From positions 620,001 through 684,000 of the forward strand of contig NW_027211801.1 in NCBI RefSeq assembly GCF_036971445.1: a stretch of DNA of 64,000 nt. The letters are read 5' to 3'. Origin of the DNA: Narcine bancroftii. Its lineage: Eukaryota. Below the pieces are notes generated by a model. It was not told the origin of the DNA and searched no databases. It saw only the letters and a list, made by a program, of their open reading frames with translations. Below are positions 24,620 to 38,027 of this stretch, one piece after another. The translations under genes and the position numbers were made by a program. Within the stretch, counting starts at the first letter, position 1, and every line of letters begins with the position of its first letter.

Positions 24620-27160
24620 ACCTGAAGCCAACTGCAGGGGCTGAGCAGGGGTCAGTCGAGGTGATTCACCTGGACCAATTGGTTGAAGGTGAGGGCTGAG
24701 TCCGGGCAGGCTGTCTGGACACAGCACCTGGTGATTTAGGTGGGCTAATCGCAAGGGTCAACTTGATTGCTTGGGGAGATCTTGATTGGGAGGTAGGGTG
24801 TCCTCCCAACAGGAGCTCAGTAGTGCCACCAGGTGATGGATGCTGGCTCTCCATTACAGTCCATCCCTTCGGAAGACACACTGCACGCCAATAATATATG
24901 ACAAGAGATAACTAAGTCTAATGGATTAAGGTTGAGGTGCGTATGTTTCGACAGGCAAAACAAAGAATAATCCTCGCTATAATAATTGGAATAAATACAG
25001 TCCCCCAGTATATGATAGTTGCCCAGACATTCCCAATGGAGCCAAATGGCCACAAGTCTCCCCATGAGATGATGTGCTGGAGAAACTGCTCCCTGGAATT
25101 TTATAATTTTAGCCACTGAGTCCCAAATATGGTCAGCAAGGTGGGTGATGTTGGAGGATACGTCAGGTAGGTAGTTGCAGCGTCCTTACCAATGACAGCA
25201 CAGGTACCACCCCATTCACTGCCAGCAGGTAGTCAAGGGCCTTGCAATTTTGCAGTGTGACCATCTGGACCGCCGTCAGCTCCACAGCTGCTCGGTCAAG
25301 GCGTCCTATGTATGCTGAAATGTCTCTGCCGTCTCGTTGGCCAACTTCTCAAGGAGGGCAGTCATCTGGATCTATTCAGTGGAAAGCCGGGAGGTACCGT
25401 ACCTGGGGAAGGCGATCATGCAGAACCTTTCCGCCGCTGTGATGGTTCTCTTGTTGCGCTGGTCTCCAAAGGCTGGGTGCTCCCCCAGGTCATTGAGAGT
25501 GTGGATATAGGGCACAATGAATGCGGGGAAACTGCAGCCGAGACTGGTGCCAGGCAGCCAGAGGTAGGTGCAGTGGATACATACCCAGTGGGTGACATTC
25601 AGGGTCCAGGGAGCCCCCAGCATGTTGACACCTTTGGAGGTGTCGTGTACCCTCTATGCAGGCAGTCACTGTCTCCGACTGGGAGGTTGGAGGTGTGTCT
25701 GATGGGGAGTCTGCACCAGCACTCCTTTGGTTTGTGGAGGAGCGGTGGGATGACGAGGAGTGGTGGGGGTGGGGGGGGGGGGGAGGGTGGTTAGGACTCA
25801 AGTGGAGAGCAAATTGTAAAAATTGAAATACTAGTTCCTAACATACCCACCGCATCTGGGGTCAGAGGAGGGGACAGTGTTCATTGGAGAGGTCAAGGAT
25901 AGTGGGCTGCCTTCAGGCCCATCCCATACAGATAAGCTGAAGCCTGCTGGAGCAAAGAGTCTATGTAAGCAGTTCATCTGAGACTCGTCCAGCAGCATGG
26001 GAGTCAGTGGTGGTGATTGATCGGTGTGTACTGGGGTTTGGACCTAGATCAAACAGTCCGATCTGTTAGTCTTAGTGGCAAAGGCTCAGGCAACGTGGAG
26101 GAAGGGGTTTGTAAGTGTGACATTACCGATGATCGCAGCGAGCAGTGGGGACATGTTGGAGACTTGCATGGTCCCGTGGGGTGAAAGAATAATGGGGAGA
26201 GTGAGGGGTGGGGGGATAAACTCAATGTCTCTGAGTAAGATGGTGGGTGTGGAGACAAGACAGGTTAGTGTGACCTGGGATTGTGACCCAACTTGTGTCC
26301 CCAGGACCTCACATGGCAATTTCTCCCTTCTGGAGGGGATCTTTTGTCTGTTGTATCCACATTCTCCCCAAGTTCTCTGTCTCAGGGGGTTGGGTGGGTC
26401 GGATTCAGGAGGTGGGGAGTGTGCCAGGTGATGTAACAGTGGGGTCTCCACTTGGCCAGTGGGCCGTGTGTTTAAATGATCCCCAGCCTGCTACACCATG
26501 CTCAGCCAACCCTGCAGTGTGTGGGAGGGGGTCAGGGTGCGGATACTCTCTTTGAGCAGGCCGTTCATCCTTTCAATTAGCCCGAATACCTGTGGGTAGG
26601 AAGGGACGTGGAGCAACCACGAGATCCCCACCTCAGCAGCCCAGTCCTGGGCTTCAGCACCCGTGAAGTGTGAGCCCTGATCAGATTGTAACTTCCAGGG
26701 GGCTCCATGGATAGATGAGAGGTGCTGGAATACTTTGAAGTGGTTATTCTGGTCAGCTTTCTCGCAGGGTACTGCCACTAATGCACCAGAATATGTGTCC
26801 ACCCTCGTCAGGACATATTTTTTTTCATTTAGGCGTGGTAGCTCTCCGATATAGTCAATCCACCATATGTGTCCTGCTCCCGCGCCATGGCGAATATGAC
26901 CTGGCGGTCCCACTGGATAACCCCTTGGCTTCACCTGTTGGCAGACAGGGCAGTCAAACACACCAGTTTTGCACATTTCTAGGGTGAGGGAAACCCCACA
27001 ACTTTCTGCCTATCGTCGTGTGCTTTGGGCCCCGAGGTGGTCACCTTCCCGGTGTGCCCATGAAGCCAGAACCCATTGTCAGTCTCTTGAGGAGGAGTAA
27101 TTTCCTGGTGTCCCCCCAGGAAGTGGTATGTGATGTTTGGTGTTTCCCTCACCCTTCAGG
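24620..27160 (-). mobile_element. Degenerate endogenous retrovirus 3' half: integrase, env, PPT and 3' LTR
   Basis: Integrase CxxC/WWIDYIGELP/VDTYSG/LQSDQGSHFT (26491-26976). Env with furin site RNKR (25447-25458), immunosuppressive-domain-like LQNCKALDYLLA (25220-25255) and a frameshifted GGTCAVIG..C motif. PPT followed by an LTR starting TGTAATGG at 24858. Confidence 0.85.
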
Positions 27161-27164
27161 ACCA

Positions 27165-27700
27165 TGGCTAAAATTATAAATTTCCAGGGAGAAGTTTGCC
27201 CAGCACATCACCTCATGGGGAGACTGGTGGCCATTTTGCTCGTCTGGGCAACGATCATACACTGGGGGATTGTATTTATTTTTGATATTATCGCCAAGAT
27301 TATTCTTTGTTATGCCTGTCGAATAATTCGTACCTCAGCATTACTCGGTTAGACTGAGTTATCACCTATCATATATTGGCGTACAGTGTGTCTTCCGAAG
27401 GGGTGGATTGTAAAGGAGTAAAGGAGAGGCAGCGTCCACCACCTGGTGGTCTGCTGTGCTCCTGTTTGACGGACACACTACCTGCCAATCAAGGTCAAAG
27501 ACTCACCACAAACCAACAAGGTGACTCTTGTGATTGGACCACCTAAATCACAAGGTGCTGCATCCAGACAACCTGCCCTGACACAGCCCACTTTTGGCCC
27601 AGGTGAATCACCTTAACTGACCCCTGCTGAGCCCCTGCACATGGTTTCGAGCCTTTGGCCACAGCAGCCAATGGGGCTGCATCTGCATCTTTGGACTCCT
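27165..27700 (+). mobile_element. Second copy of the same ERV 3' end (env transmembrane region, PPT, LTR from 27409) in opposite orientation
   Basis: Reverse-complement homology to 24630-25116. GAAGGGGTGGAT|TGTAA at the PPT/LTR boundary. Confidence 0.8.
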
Positions 27701-29729
27701 TGTAGCACATAAGTGTCCTTGAACATCATGAACATATTAATCCCTGCCTTAGTTACCCCAAGGGCCTGCCCTCCACACCCACCTGTGGTAACAAATTCCA
27801 TAGATTCATCACACTCTGGCTGAAGAAATTCCTCCACATCTCTGTTCCTATCGGTCGCCCTACAATCCTGAAGTTGTGTCCTCTTGTCCAAAACTCTCCC
27901 ACCTGGGAAACAACCTTTCTTCGTCTACTCTATCCACACTTTCAATGTTTGAAATGTTTCCATGAAATCAACTTCATTCTCATCAACTCTAATGAATACA
28001 GGTCAAAATCCATCAATGACTCCTCATGTGATAATCCTTTCATTCCCGGAATCATCTTTGTGAACGTCCTCTAAACCTTTTCCAATGTCAGCACATCCCT
28101 TCATCAATGAGGAGCCCAAAACTGCCCACAATACTCCAAGTATACACCAATGCCTTAGAAAGCCTCAACATCACATCCCTGCTCTTGTATTCTATTCCTC
28201 TTGCCTTCTTCACCATTTGCTTTCATTATCACCGTCTCAACCTGCACATTTACCCTCAGACTATCCTCCACGAGGATTCCCAGGACAATTTGAATCTGAG
28301 TACTTTCAATTTTCTCCCCATTTACAAAAATAGTCTGCTCATTTGCAATAGAGATGCATAATTCCCTGAAAGTGACATCAATGGTAAATAGGGTTGTAAA
28401 GAGAGGTTTTGGCAAATTGGCCTTGATCAATCAAAGTATTAACCATTATTAATATAATTAATAAGGGTTTGAATGAAAAGAATAGTTTACCTATAACTTT
28501 AATAGGTGGAGTGAATTCTATCAAGATGTATATTTTACCAAGGATCAATCTCTTTTTCAATCAATTCCTTTCAATATACCTTAAAAAAATTAAGGATCTA
28601 AATTTAATAATGAGGACATTTTTGTGGAAAGGTAAAATGGTAAGAGAATCCTTAGAGAAATTAACTTGGAAATTTGAACAAGGAGGTTTACAGCTTCCAC
28701 ATTTTCAAATTTATTATAAAGCTGCTCAGTTGAAATTTATTAATGGAATGTTTGATTTAAATAAATCTTTAACATTGGCCAATATAGAATTTACTCAAAT
28801 AGATGAAAAACGTATCCTAGAATTTATTTATAAATGGAACACCAGATAATTAATTGGTAATAACGACCCACCTTTATTGAAACATTTAATTGAATTATGG
28901 AATAAAATAGATTATGAGATAGGTGGGAAGCTGAGATTTCACGTAAAAAACTTGATATCAAAATAACTTTTTCCTTTTACTTGTAATACTCAATTTTTAA
29001 AGGTATGGAATCAAATGGGGATTATATATAATGTTCCAAATAATATCTTTTTGTTATTATATAAGTTACAGATTTTTTAATTGATCAATTAGGTCAAAGT
29101 TTAAGATTAACTAGACAGTCTGAGGTAGAAATTTTACTTACAAAAGTGGGTATTAATAAATTTATTTCAGAAATGTATAAGTTACATCAAATGAAAATGT
29201 CCAAATCAGATATTCGTAGATCAAGGATAAAGTTGGAAACTGGTTTAGGTAGAACAATTGGTGATTGGAGAATATTATGTAAAGATAATATGACTAAAAT
29301 TATCAATGAAAGATACAGATTAGTACAAAATAATTTTTTATGTCAATTATAATAGGACCTGAAAGATTTAATTGAATTTCTTCAAAAATGTGTTTTAGAC
29401 ATCATAAAGAGATTGGTTCTTTTGTTCATTCAACTTGGCCGTGTATTAAGGTTATGTCATTTTGAATACAAATTAAAGCATTTTTAGAGAAAGTGTTAAA
29501 GGTTAAACATCCGTTAGATCCAAAGTTATTTTTATTAGGAAATATTAAAAAGTTTAGATTAAAATTAAAGTTAACCATGTAACAAAGTATATTTTTAGAA
29601 CTGGCTTTAGCTGTTTCAAGGAAATGTGTAGCTATTAACTGGGCCTGATATGGATTTGGGGATGCAGAGATGACATATTGAAATTAGATCTTGTCATCCT
29701 CTTGAAAAGATAACTTAGAATTTAGATGA

Positions 29730-30413
29730 TAAAGATTGTGAAAGGGTATTTCGAGGTGCCTTGGGAGGAATTGCTCGAGCAATTGCTAAAACACCAAATT
29801 TTTGCAGGACTTTTGAAGGGTGCTTTTTGCAAGAGTGAACACAGCATCAACATGCAGCTTGCATGGGAACATGTGATCTTTGCGAGCTGGACAGAACAGC
29901 TTTGCTCTCAGAGAGGGAAGGAGTGGGAGAGAAAGAGTCAGAGAAATCAGTTCCAGAGGGACAGGCTGACAAACTTTGGAAGACTGCCTGGTCAAAGGAG
30001 AAGACTGGCGGTCTGAAAGGTGACCTGAAAGGAAGAGGATCATCTGGAGAATCCTGAAGAGGGCAAGTTTCATCAGCAAGACTGATGGAGAAGGAATCAG
30101 TTGCGGATGTCCTCGAAAAGGAATCTCTCTCTGAAGACCAACAAGAACCCTCCTGAGTGGTAACCATTTGCCTGTTAAGCACCAAAGACTGGTGAACTTT
30201 GTTTATGCTAACTTCTGTGCACAGTACAAGAATTGCCTGCAACCAGTGAGATTGGACTGTGACCCAAAGAACTCTTCTAATCGTAAATATACATTACACA
30301 CACCTGCACTTATTAATAGAGGGGGATTAAATAGTTTAGGTAGGTTAAGTAAGTAGGTTGAGTAATAAGTTAAAGTTTAATTCTGTTTTCTTGTTCAAAT
30401 ATAATTAAAAACT
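29730..30413 (+). repeat. LTR-like interspersed repeat (related copy about 50650-51640)
   Basis: Shares segments such as AAGAATTGCCTGCAACCAGTGA with about 51100-51570. Family not identified. Confidence 0.5.
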
Positions 30414-30976
30414 TGTGGTTTCCCCCAATTGCAAGATCGGGCTGGCACATCACACAGCAGCAGACGTGGACAGAGAATTCCAAATCAACTCCCAGGACAA
30501 TGAACCGGTGGGGGTAGAAGATGGAGCAGCATCAGCCCAACAGTCCTAAAATGGCATTGATCCAGCTGCCCAGCTAACTCTGCAGAAACAAGCTGGGGAA
30601 GAAGGGTATTCATATGCATGGACGTTCCTGCCTGCTTTTGTTATTCATCTGGCTGACCCAGTCAATCAGCAAAAATAGCCGGAAATTGAACAGTATAAAA
30701 GCAGCCTTTCCAGCACTAATAATACAGTGAGCTTAACCTGCCACACTGAGTATGTGCGTTTCTTTGTAGCGGTCAGTTACAATTGGTGACCCCGATGGTT
30801 AATAAGGAATCTCAACCTTGCGATGGAGAAGTTGGTCTGAAACTTTCGACCTTCTGCACAGTTCGAAATGGCATGTGTTTTCAGCAGGCAGAGGCTTAGT
30901 TCCAGATCTGGGGCATCACAGCAGAAACCACCTGTAACTACCATGTGATCAGCACCCTGGATCCACAGACTGCAGA

Positions 30977-33900
30977 CAGAGTGGTGTAATGTATAGCCTG
31001 TGTATCCAGTTATATTGTATCATACGTAAGCTCGTATTTTTTGTATTTCTCATCGTTCCAGAACATAACTTCTCCCATGTTTCCTTTTTTATCTTTATAT
31101 TTAAATCTTGTTCCCATTTTTGTTTAGTTTTACCATTTGTTTCCTCATTCTCCTTTTCTTGCAGTTTAATATACATATTTGTTATAAATCTTTTGATTAT
31201 CATTGTATCTGTAATCACATATTCAAAGTTACTTCCCTCTGGTAAACTCAGACTGCTTCCTAATTTGTCCTTCAAATAGGATCTCAATTGGTAATATGCC
31301 AGCACTGTATCTTGAGTTATATTGTATTTATCTTTCATTTGTTCAAAGGATAATAATCTATTTCCTGAAAAACAATTTTCTATTCTTTTGATCCCTTTTA
31401 TCTCCCATTCTCTAAAGGAAAGGTTATCTATTGTAAAAGGGAGTAACTTATTTTGCGTCAATATTAGTTTTGGTAATTGATAATTTGTTTTATTTCTTTC
31501 TACATGAATCTTCTTCCAAATATTGAGTAGATGATATAATACTGGAGAACTTCTATGTTGTACCAATTTTTCATCCCATTTATATAATATGTGTTCAGGT
31601 ATCTTTTCCCCTATTTTATCTAATTCTAATCTGGTCCAATCTGGCTTTTCCCTTGTTTGATAAAAATCTGATAGGTATCTAAATTGTGCGGCTCTATAAT
31701 AATTTTTAAAGTTTGGCAGTTGTTTATACCATTCTGTTAATTTATCTAGTGCTATCCTCGGTTTCCCCCCTTTCCATAAAAATTTCCTTGTTATTTTCTT
31801 TAACTCCTTGAAGAATTTCTCTGTCAGGTGAATTGGCAAGGCCTGAAATAGGTATAATATCCTTGGAAAAAATGTTCATTTTAATACAGTTTATCCTTCC
31901 TATTAGTGTGAATGGTAAATCTTGCCAATGCTCTAAATCATCCTGTAATTTTTTCATTAGTGGATAATAAATGAGTTTATATAGTTGGCCGAGATTTTTA
32001 TTTATTTGTATACCTAGGTATCTTATTGCTTGCATTTGCCATCTAAATGGTGATTCCTTCTTAAATTTTGAGAAATCCACATTATTCATAGGCATTGCTT
32101 CACTTTTATTTACGTTGATCTTGTAACCCGACACTTCTCCATATTCCTTCAATTTCTTATATAATTCTTTTATTGATAGTTCTGGTTCTGTTAAGTATAC
32201 TATAACATCATCCGCAAATAAACTGATTTTATATTCCTTGTCTTTTATTTTTATCCCTTTTATATTATTTTCTGTTCTTATCAATTCTGCTAGTGGTTCT
32301 ATAGCTAACGCGAACAATAAAGGTGATAGTGGGCATCCCTGCCGTGTTGACCTGCTTAAGTTAAATTGCTTTGATACATATCCATTTACTGTCACTTTCG
32401 CCAATGGTCCCTTATATAATGCTTTAATCCAATTAATATACTTCTCTGGTAAACTGAATTTTTGCAATACTTTGAATAAATAATTCCATTCTACTCTGTC
32501 AAAGGCCTTCTCTGCATCTAAAGCAACTGCTACTGTTGGCGCTTTACTCCCTTCTACTGCATGAATTAAGTTAATAAATTTACAAATATTGTCTGTTGTG
32601 CATCTTTTTTTTATAAATCCAGTTTGGTCTAGATTTACCATTTTCAGTACATACTCTGCTAATCTGTTTGCTAATAGTTTAGCTATTATCTTATAATCTG
32701 TGTTAAGTTTTTCAAGCTTTGTTGGGACCAAGGAAAACTGCCTCAGGATCTTCGTGATGCCACCATCATCACCCTGTACAAAAACAAAGGCGAGAAATCA
32801 GACTGCTCAAACTACAGGGGAATCACGTTGCTCTCCATTGCAGGCAAAATCTTCGCTAGGATTCTACTAAATAGAATAATACCTAGTGTCGCCGAGAATA
32901 TTCTCCCAGAATCACAGTGCGGCTTTTGCGCAAACAGAGGAACTACTGACATGGTCTTTGCCCTCAGACAGCTCCAAGAAAAGTGCAGAGAACAAAACAA
33001 AGGACTCTACATCACCTTTGTTGACTTCACCAAAGCCTTCGACACCGTGAGCAGGAAAGGGCTTTGGCAAATACTAGAGCGCATCGGATGTCCCCCAAAG
33101 TTCCTCAACATGATTATACAACTGCACGAAAATCAACAAGGTCAGGTCAGATACAGCAATGAGCTCTCTGAACCCTTCCCCATTAACAATGGCGTGAAGC
33201 AAGGCTGTGTTCTCGCACCAACACTCTTTTCAATCTTCTTCAGCATGATGCTGAACCAAGCCATGAAAGACCCCAACAATGAAGACGCTGTTTACATCCA
33301 GTACCGCACGGATGGCAGTCTCTTCAATCTGAGGTGCCTGCAAGCTCACACCAAGACACAAGAGAAACTTGTCCGTGAACTACTCTTTGCAGACAATGCC
33401 ACTTTAGTTGCCCATTCAGAGCCAGCTCTTCAGCGCTTGACGTCCTGCTTTGCGGAAACTGCCAAAATGTTTGGCCTGGAAGTCAGCCTGAAGAAAACTG
33501 AGGTCCTCCATCAGCCAGCTCCCCACCATGACTACCAGCCCCCCCACATCTCCATCGGGCACACAAAACTCAAAACGGTCAACCAGTTTACCTATCTCGG
33601 CTTCACCATTTCATCAGATGCAAGGATCGACAAAGAGATAGACAACAGACTCGCCAAGGCAAATAGCGCCTTTGGAAGAGTCTGGAAAAACAACCAAATG
33701 AAAAACCTCACAAAGATAAGCGTATACAGAGCCGTTGTCATACCCACACTCCTGTTTGGCTCCGAATCATGGGTCCTCTACCGGCATCACCTACGGCTTC
33801 TAGAACGCTTCCACCAGCGTTGTCTCCGCTCCATCCTCAACATCCATTGGAGCGCTTTCATCCCCAACGTCGAAGTACTCGAGATGGCAGAGGTCGACAG

Positions 33901-36900
33901 CATCGAGTCCACGCTGCTGAAGATCCAGCTACGCTGGATGGGTCACGTCTCCAGAATGGAGGACCATCGCCTTCCCAAGATCGTGTTATATGGCGAGCTC
34001 TCCACTGGCCACCGTGACAGATGTGCACCAAAGAAAAGGTACAAGGACTGCCTAAAGAAATCTCTTGGTGCCTGCCACATTGACCACCGCCAGTGGGCTG
34101 ATATCGCCTCAAACCGTGCATCTTGGCGCCTCACAGTTTGGCGGGCAGCAACCTCCTTTGAAGAAGACCACAGAGCCCACCTCACTGACAAAAGGCAAAG
34201 GAGGAAACACCCAACACCCAACCCCAACCAACCAATTTTCCCCTGCAGCCGCTGCAACCATGTCTGCCTGTCCCGCATCGGACTAATCAGCCACAAACGA
34301 GCCTGCAGCTGATGTGGACTTTTACCCCCTCCATAAATCTTCGTCCGCGAAGCCAAGCCAAAGAAAGACAAAGAAGAATTATTGCTGTTTTACATGAATC
34401 TGGTAAGCTTTGTGTTTTATCAATCTGGTTGATTTCTTCCAGGAGGGGAGGAATTAATAAATCTTTAAATGTTTTATAGAATTCTATTGGGAATCCATCC
34501 TCTCCTGGTGTCTTATTATTTGGTAATTTTTTTATTATCTCTTGTATTTCTACTATTCCAAATGGTTCTGTTAATTTATTTTGTTCCTCTATTTGTAGTT
34601 TTGGTAGTTCAATTTTAGTTAGAAATTCATCTATTTTTCCCTTCTTTCCCTTCGTTTTCAGTTTGGTATAATTGTTCATAGAATTCTCTAAAGTTTTCCT
34701 TGATCTCCTTTGGATTATATGTGATTTGTTTGTCTTTTTTCTTGATGCCAATACCATTTTCTTAGCTTGTTCTGTCTTAAGCTGCCATGTTAGAATTTTG
34801 TGCGTTTTTTCACCTAGTTCATAATATTTCTGTTTTGTCTTCATTATATTCTTCTCCACCTTATATGTTTGTCGTGTTTCATATTTTATTTTTTTATCTG
34901 CCAATTCTCTTCTTTTAGTTGTATCTTCCTTCATTGCTAATTCTTTTTCTATATTTACTATTTCCCTTTCCAACTGCTCTGTTTCCTGATTATAGTCCTT
35001 CTTCATCTTGGTTACATAACTTATTATTTGCCCTCTAATGAATGCTTTCATTGCATCCCATAGTATAAACTTATCTTTCACTGATTCCGTATTTATTTCA
35101 AAATACATTTTAATTTGTCTTTCAATAAATTCTCTAAAATCCTGCCTTTTGAGTAACATGGAGTTTAATCTCCATCTATACATTCTTGGAGGGATGTCCT
35201 CTAACTTTATTGTCAATATTAAGGGTGAACGGTCCGATAATATTCTAGCTTTATATTCTGTTTTTCTTACTCTATCTTGCATACGAGCTGATAACAAAAA
35301 TAGGTCTATTCTTGAGTATGTTTTATGTCTAGCCGAGTAATATGAATATTCCTTTTCCTTTGGGTGTTGTTTCCTCCATATATCCAAAAGTTGCATTTCA
35401 TCCATCGATTTAATTATAAATTTGGTTACTTTGTCCTTTCTGTTAATTTTTTTCCCAGTTTTGTCCATATTTGAATCCAAATTCAGGTTGAAATCCCCTC
35501 CTATTAATATGTTCCCTTGCGTGTTTACCAAAAAAATATCTTGCATAAACTTTTGATCTTCTTCGTTAGGTGAATATACATTGAGTAGATTCCAAAACTC
35601 CGAATATATCTGACATTTTATCATTACATATCTCCCTGCTGGATCTATTATTTCCTCTTCTACTTTAATTGGCACATTTTTACTAATTAATATAGCTACT
35701 CCTCTTGCTTTTGAATTATACGACGCTGCTGTTACGTGTCCTACCCAATCTCTCTTTAATTTCTTGTGCTCCAATTCAGTTAAATGTGTTTCTTGCACAA
35801 ATGCTATATCAATTTTTTTCTTTTTTCAGTAAATTTAGCAGTTTCTTCCTTTTAATTTGGTTATGTAGTCTGTTAATATTTAAAGTCATATAGTTCAGCG
35901 TAGCCATTTTATACTTTGTTTATCTTCCCTTTCGGTTTCTCCATCATTACCTTTCCTTCTTATCCATTTCTGCTTTCTTTTTTTGAACACTTTATAAGAC
36001 AACATTTCTAAAACATCAAACATTTTCCCTATTCTCCAATTTAAAACTTCTTTAACCCCAATCTCCCCTCCCCCTCCTGAGATGTCCTTTATCCCTTGTC
36101 GGACAACCACATCTCCCCTCTCCATTTGGATTTGCGAATTCACTCGCAAACGTCAGCTGATTTTGCAGTGACCGTAACTCCTCCCTACCCAGCCCCCACC
36201 AGAAAAGATTTCAATTTTCATATGTAACAAAGGTCACTCTTTTAATTCCCTCCTTATTCCCTCTATTCCATTTCCTTCCCTTATTAATTCTTGTCTATAC
36301 TCTATATATTTTCCTCTAAATACAGATACATTCATGTATGCACACTATATATATACACACATATACCCCTTTACACACATACATATAGATCGTGGTCATT
36401 TTTACTCTTATTACATGTCTTCATCTCTCTGCTTGTTTTGTAGTTGTTCTGCAAATTTCCTTGCTTCCTCTGGATCCGAGAATAGTCTGTTTTGTTGCCC
36501 TGGAATACTTATTTTAAGTACCGCTGGGTACCTTAACATAAATTTATATCCTTTTTTCCATAAGATCGTTTTCGCTGTATTGAACTCCTTCCTCTTTTCC
36601 AGGAGTTCAAAACTTATGTGTCTTTTTAGTTCGCAGTCTTTTGTCCTCTCGTTACACGTCTTCATCCCTCAGTCTATTTTGTAATTGTTCTGCAAATTTT
36701 CGTGCTTCCTCTGGATCCGAGAATAGTCTGTTTTGCTGTCCTGGAATAAATATTTTCAATACCGCTGGATGCTTTAGTATAAATTTATACCCTTTCTTCC
36801 ATAAAATCGCCTTTGCTGTATTGAACTCCTTTCTCTTCTTCAGGAGTTCAAAACTTATATCTGGATAAATAAAAAATTTTCGCCCTTTGTACTCCAGTGG

Positions 36901-38027
36901 CTTGTTGTCCTCTCTTACTTTCTCCATTGTTTTATCCAGTACCTTTTCTCTTGTGTATTGCCCTTAGGAATTTTACTAAAATGGATCTTGGCTTTTGTTG
37001 TGGTTGTGGTTTAAAGGCTAATGCTCTATGTGCCCTTTCTATTTCCATTTCTTGCTGTAGTTCTGGACATCCTAAGATCCTGGGGATCCAATCTTTTATA
37101 AACTCTCTCATATACTTGCCTTCTTCATCTTCCTTAAGGCCCACTATCTTTATATTATTTCTTCTGTTATAATTTTCCATTATATCTATTTTCTGAGCTA
37201 ACAGCTCTTATGTCTCTTTAACTTTTTTATTAGATTCCTCTAATTTCTTTTTTAAGTCCTCTACCTCCATTTCTACTGCTGCTTCTCGTTCTTCCACCTT
37301 GTCCATTCTTTTTCCTATTTCTGATATGGTCATATCTATTTTATTCACTTTCTCCTCTGTACTGTTTATTCTTCTTCTTAAATCACTAGCTTGCCATTCT
37401 TTAAATGAATCCATGTATTCTTTAATAAGAGAAAGTATATCCTTTATCTTGCCTTTCCCTTCTTCTTCCATTTCACTGTACTCTTCCTCTTCCTCTTCTT
37501 CCTCCTCTGGTTTGGCCATCTGTTGTTTCTTTGTTTTCTTTTTCTTCTCTTCTTTCTTGTTTTCGTTGTCTTCTATGTTCTCCTCTTGCTGCTGCTGTTG
37601 TGTAGCTGTCATTGCCAGCTGTGGAGATCGACTCCCCAGCTGGTCGCCCCTCCCGTCGGTGTGTTTTTTTGCATGCGCATCGCGCATGCGCGAGGAGTCG
37701 CACATGCGCGGTTGCGCACTTTTAATCGGCTCAGCGAGCCATTTTTGTAGTCCACTTTCTACCGACCTGAGGGAGCGGGTTTCTCTCTCCACCGCGGGCC
37801 TCTTCGAACAGGTAAGGCCTTCTCCTTCTTCTTCCGTTGTCTTCTCTTCCTCTCTTCTTACCGTTGGTTTCGATTTTCCTTTTTTCGTCGCCATCTTCTT
37901 TCCACCTTTATATTCACTTTAGTTTAATTTTTATTTTTGTGCCTTTGTGCTTTCCTTTATTTTTTTCAACTTTTCTGGAGAGGGCTGGAGTTCACCGTCC
38001 GGCCACTACTCCATCACGTGACTTCCC
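30977..38027 (-). mobile_element. Near-full-length L1-clade LINE (ORF1, APE endonuclease and RT), frameshifted and 3'-truncated
   Basis: ORF1 coiled coil plus ENYNRRNNIKIVGL and YPDIS (37894-36652). ORF2 QETHL, GGDFN, SRIDLF, PGEDGF, LDAEKAFDRV, RQGCPLSP, LFADD. Confidence 0.92.
32716..34375 (+). mobile_element. RTE LINE (5'-truncated, open RT frame 32828-34312) nested in the L1
   Basis: NYRGITLLS, FVDFTKAFD, GVKQGCVLAP, LLFADN and an AAAG tail. It replaces a short stretch of L1 ORF2. Confidence 0.92.

Noticed and set aside
24630-27640. DNA transposon with about 480-bp terminal inverted repeats around an integrase
   Set aside because: The inverted repeats are env tail, PPT and LTR of an ERV, not TIRs.
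37299-37922. Low-complexity antisense ORFs here and many other short ORFs in the track
   Set aside because: They are shadow frames of TE coding sequence or microsatellites, or span N gaps.
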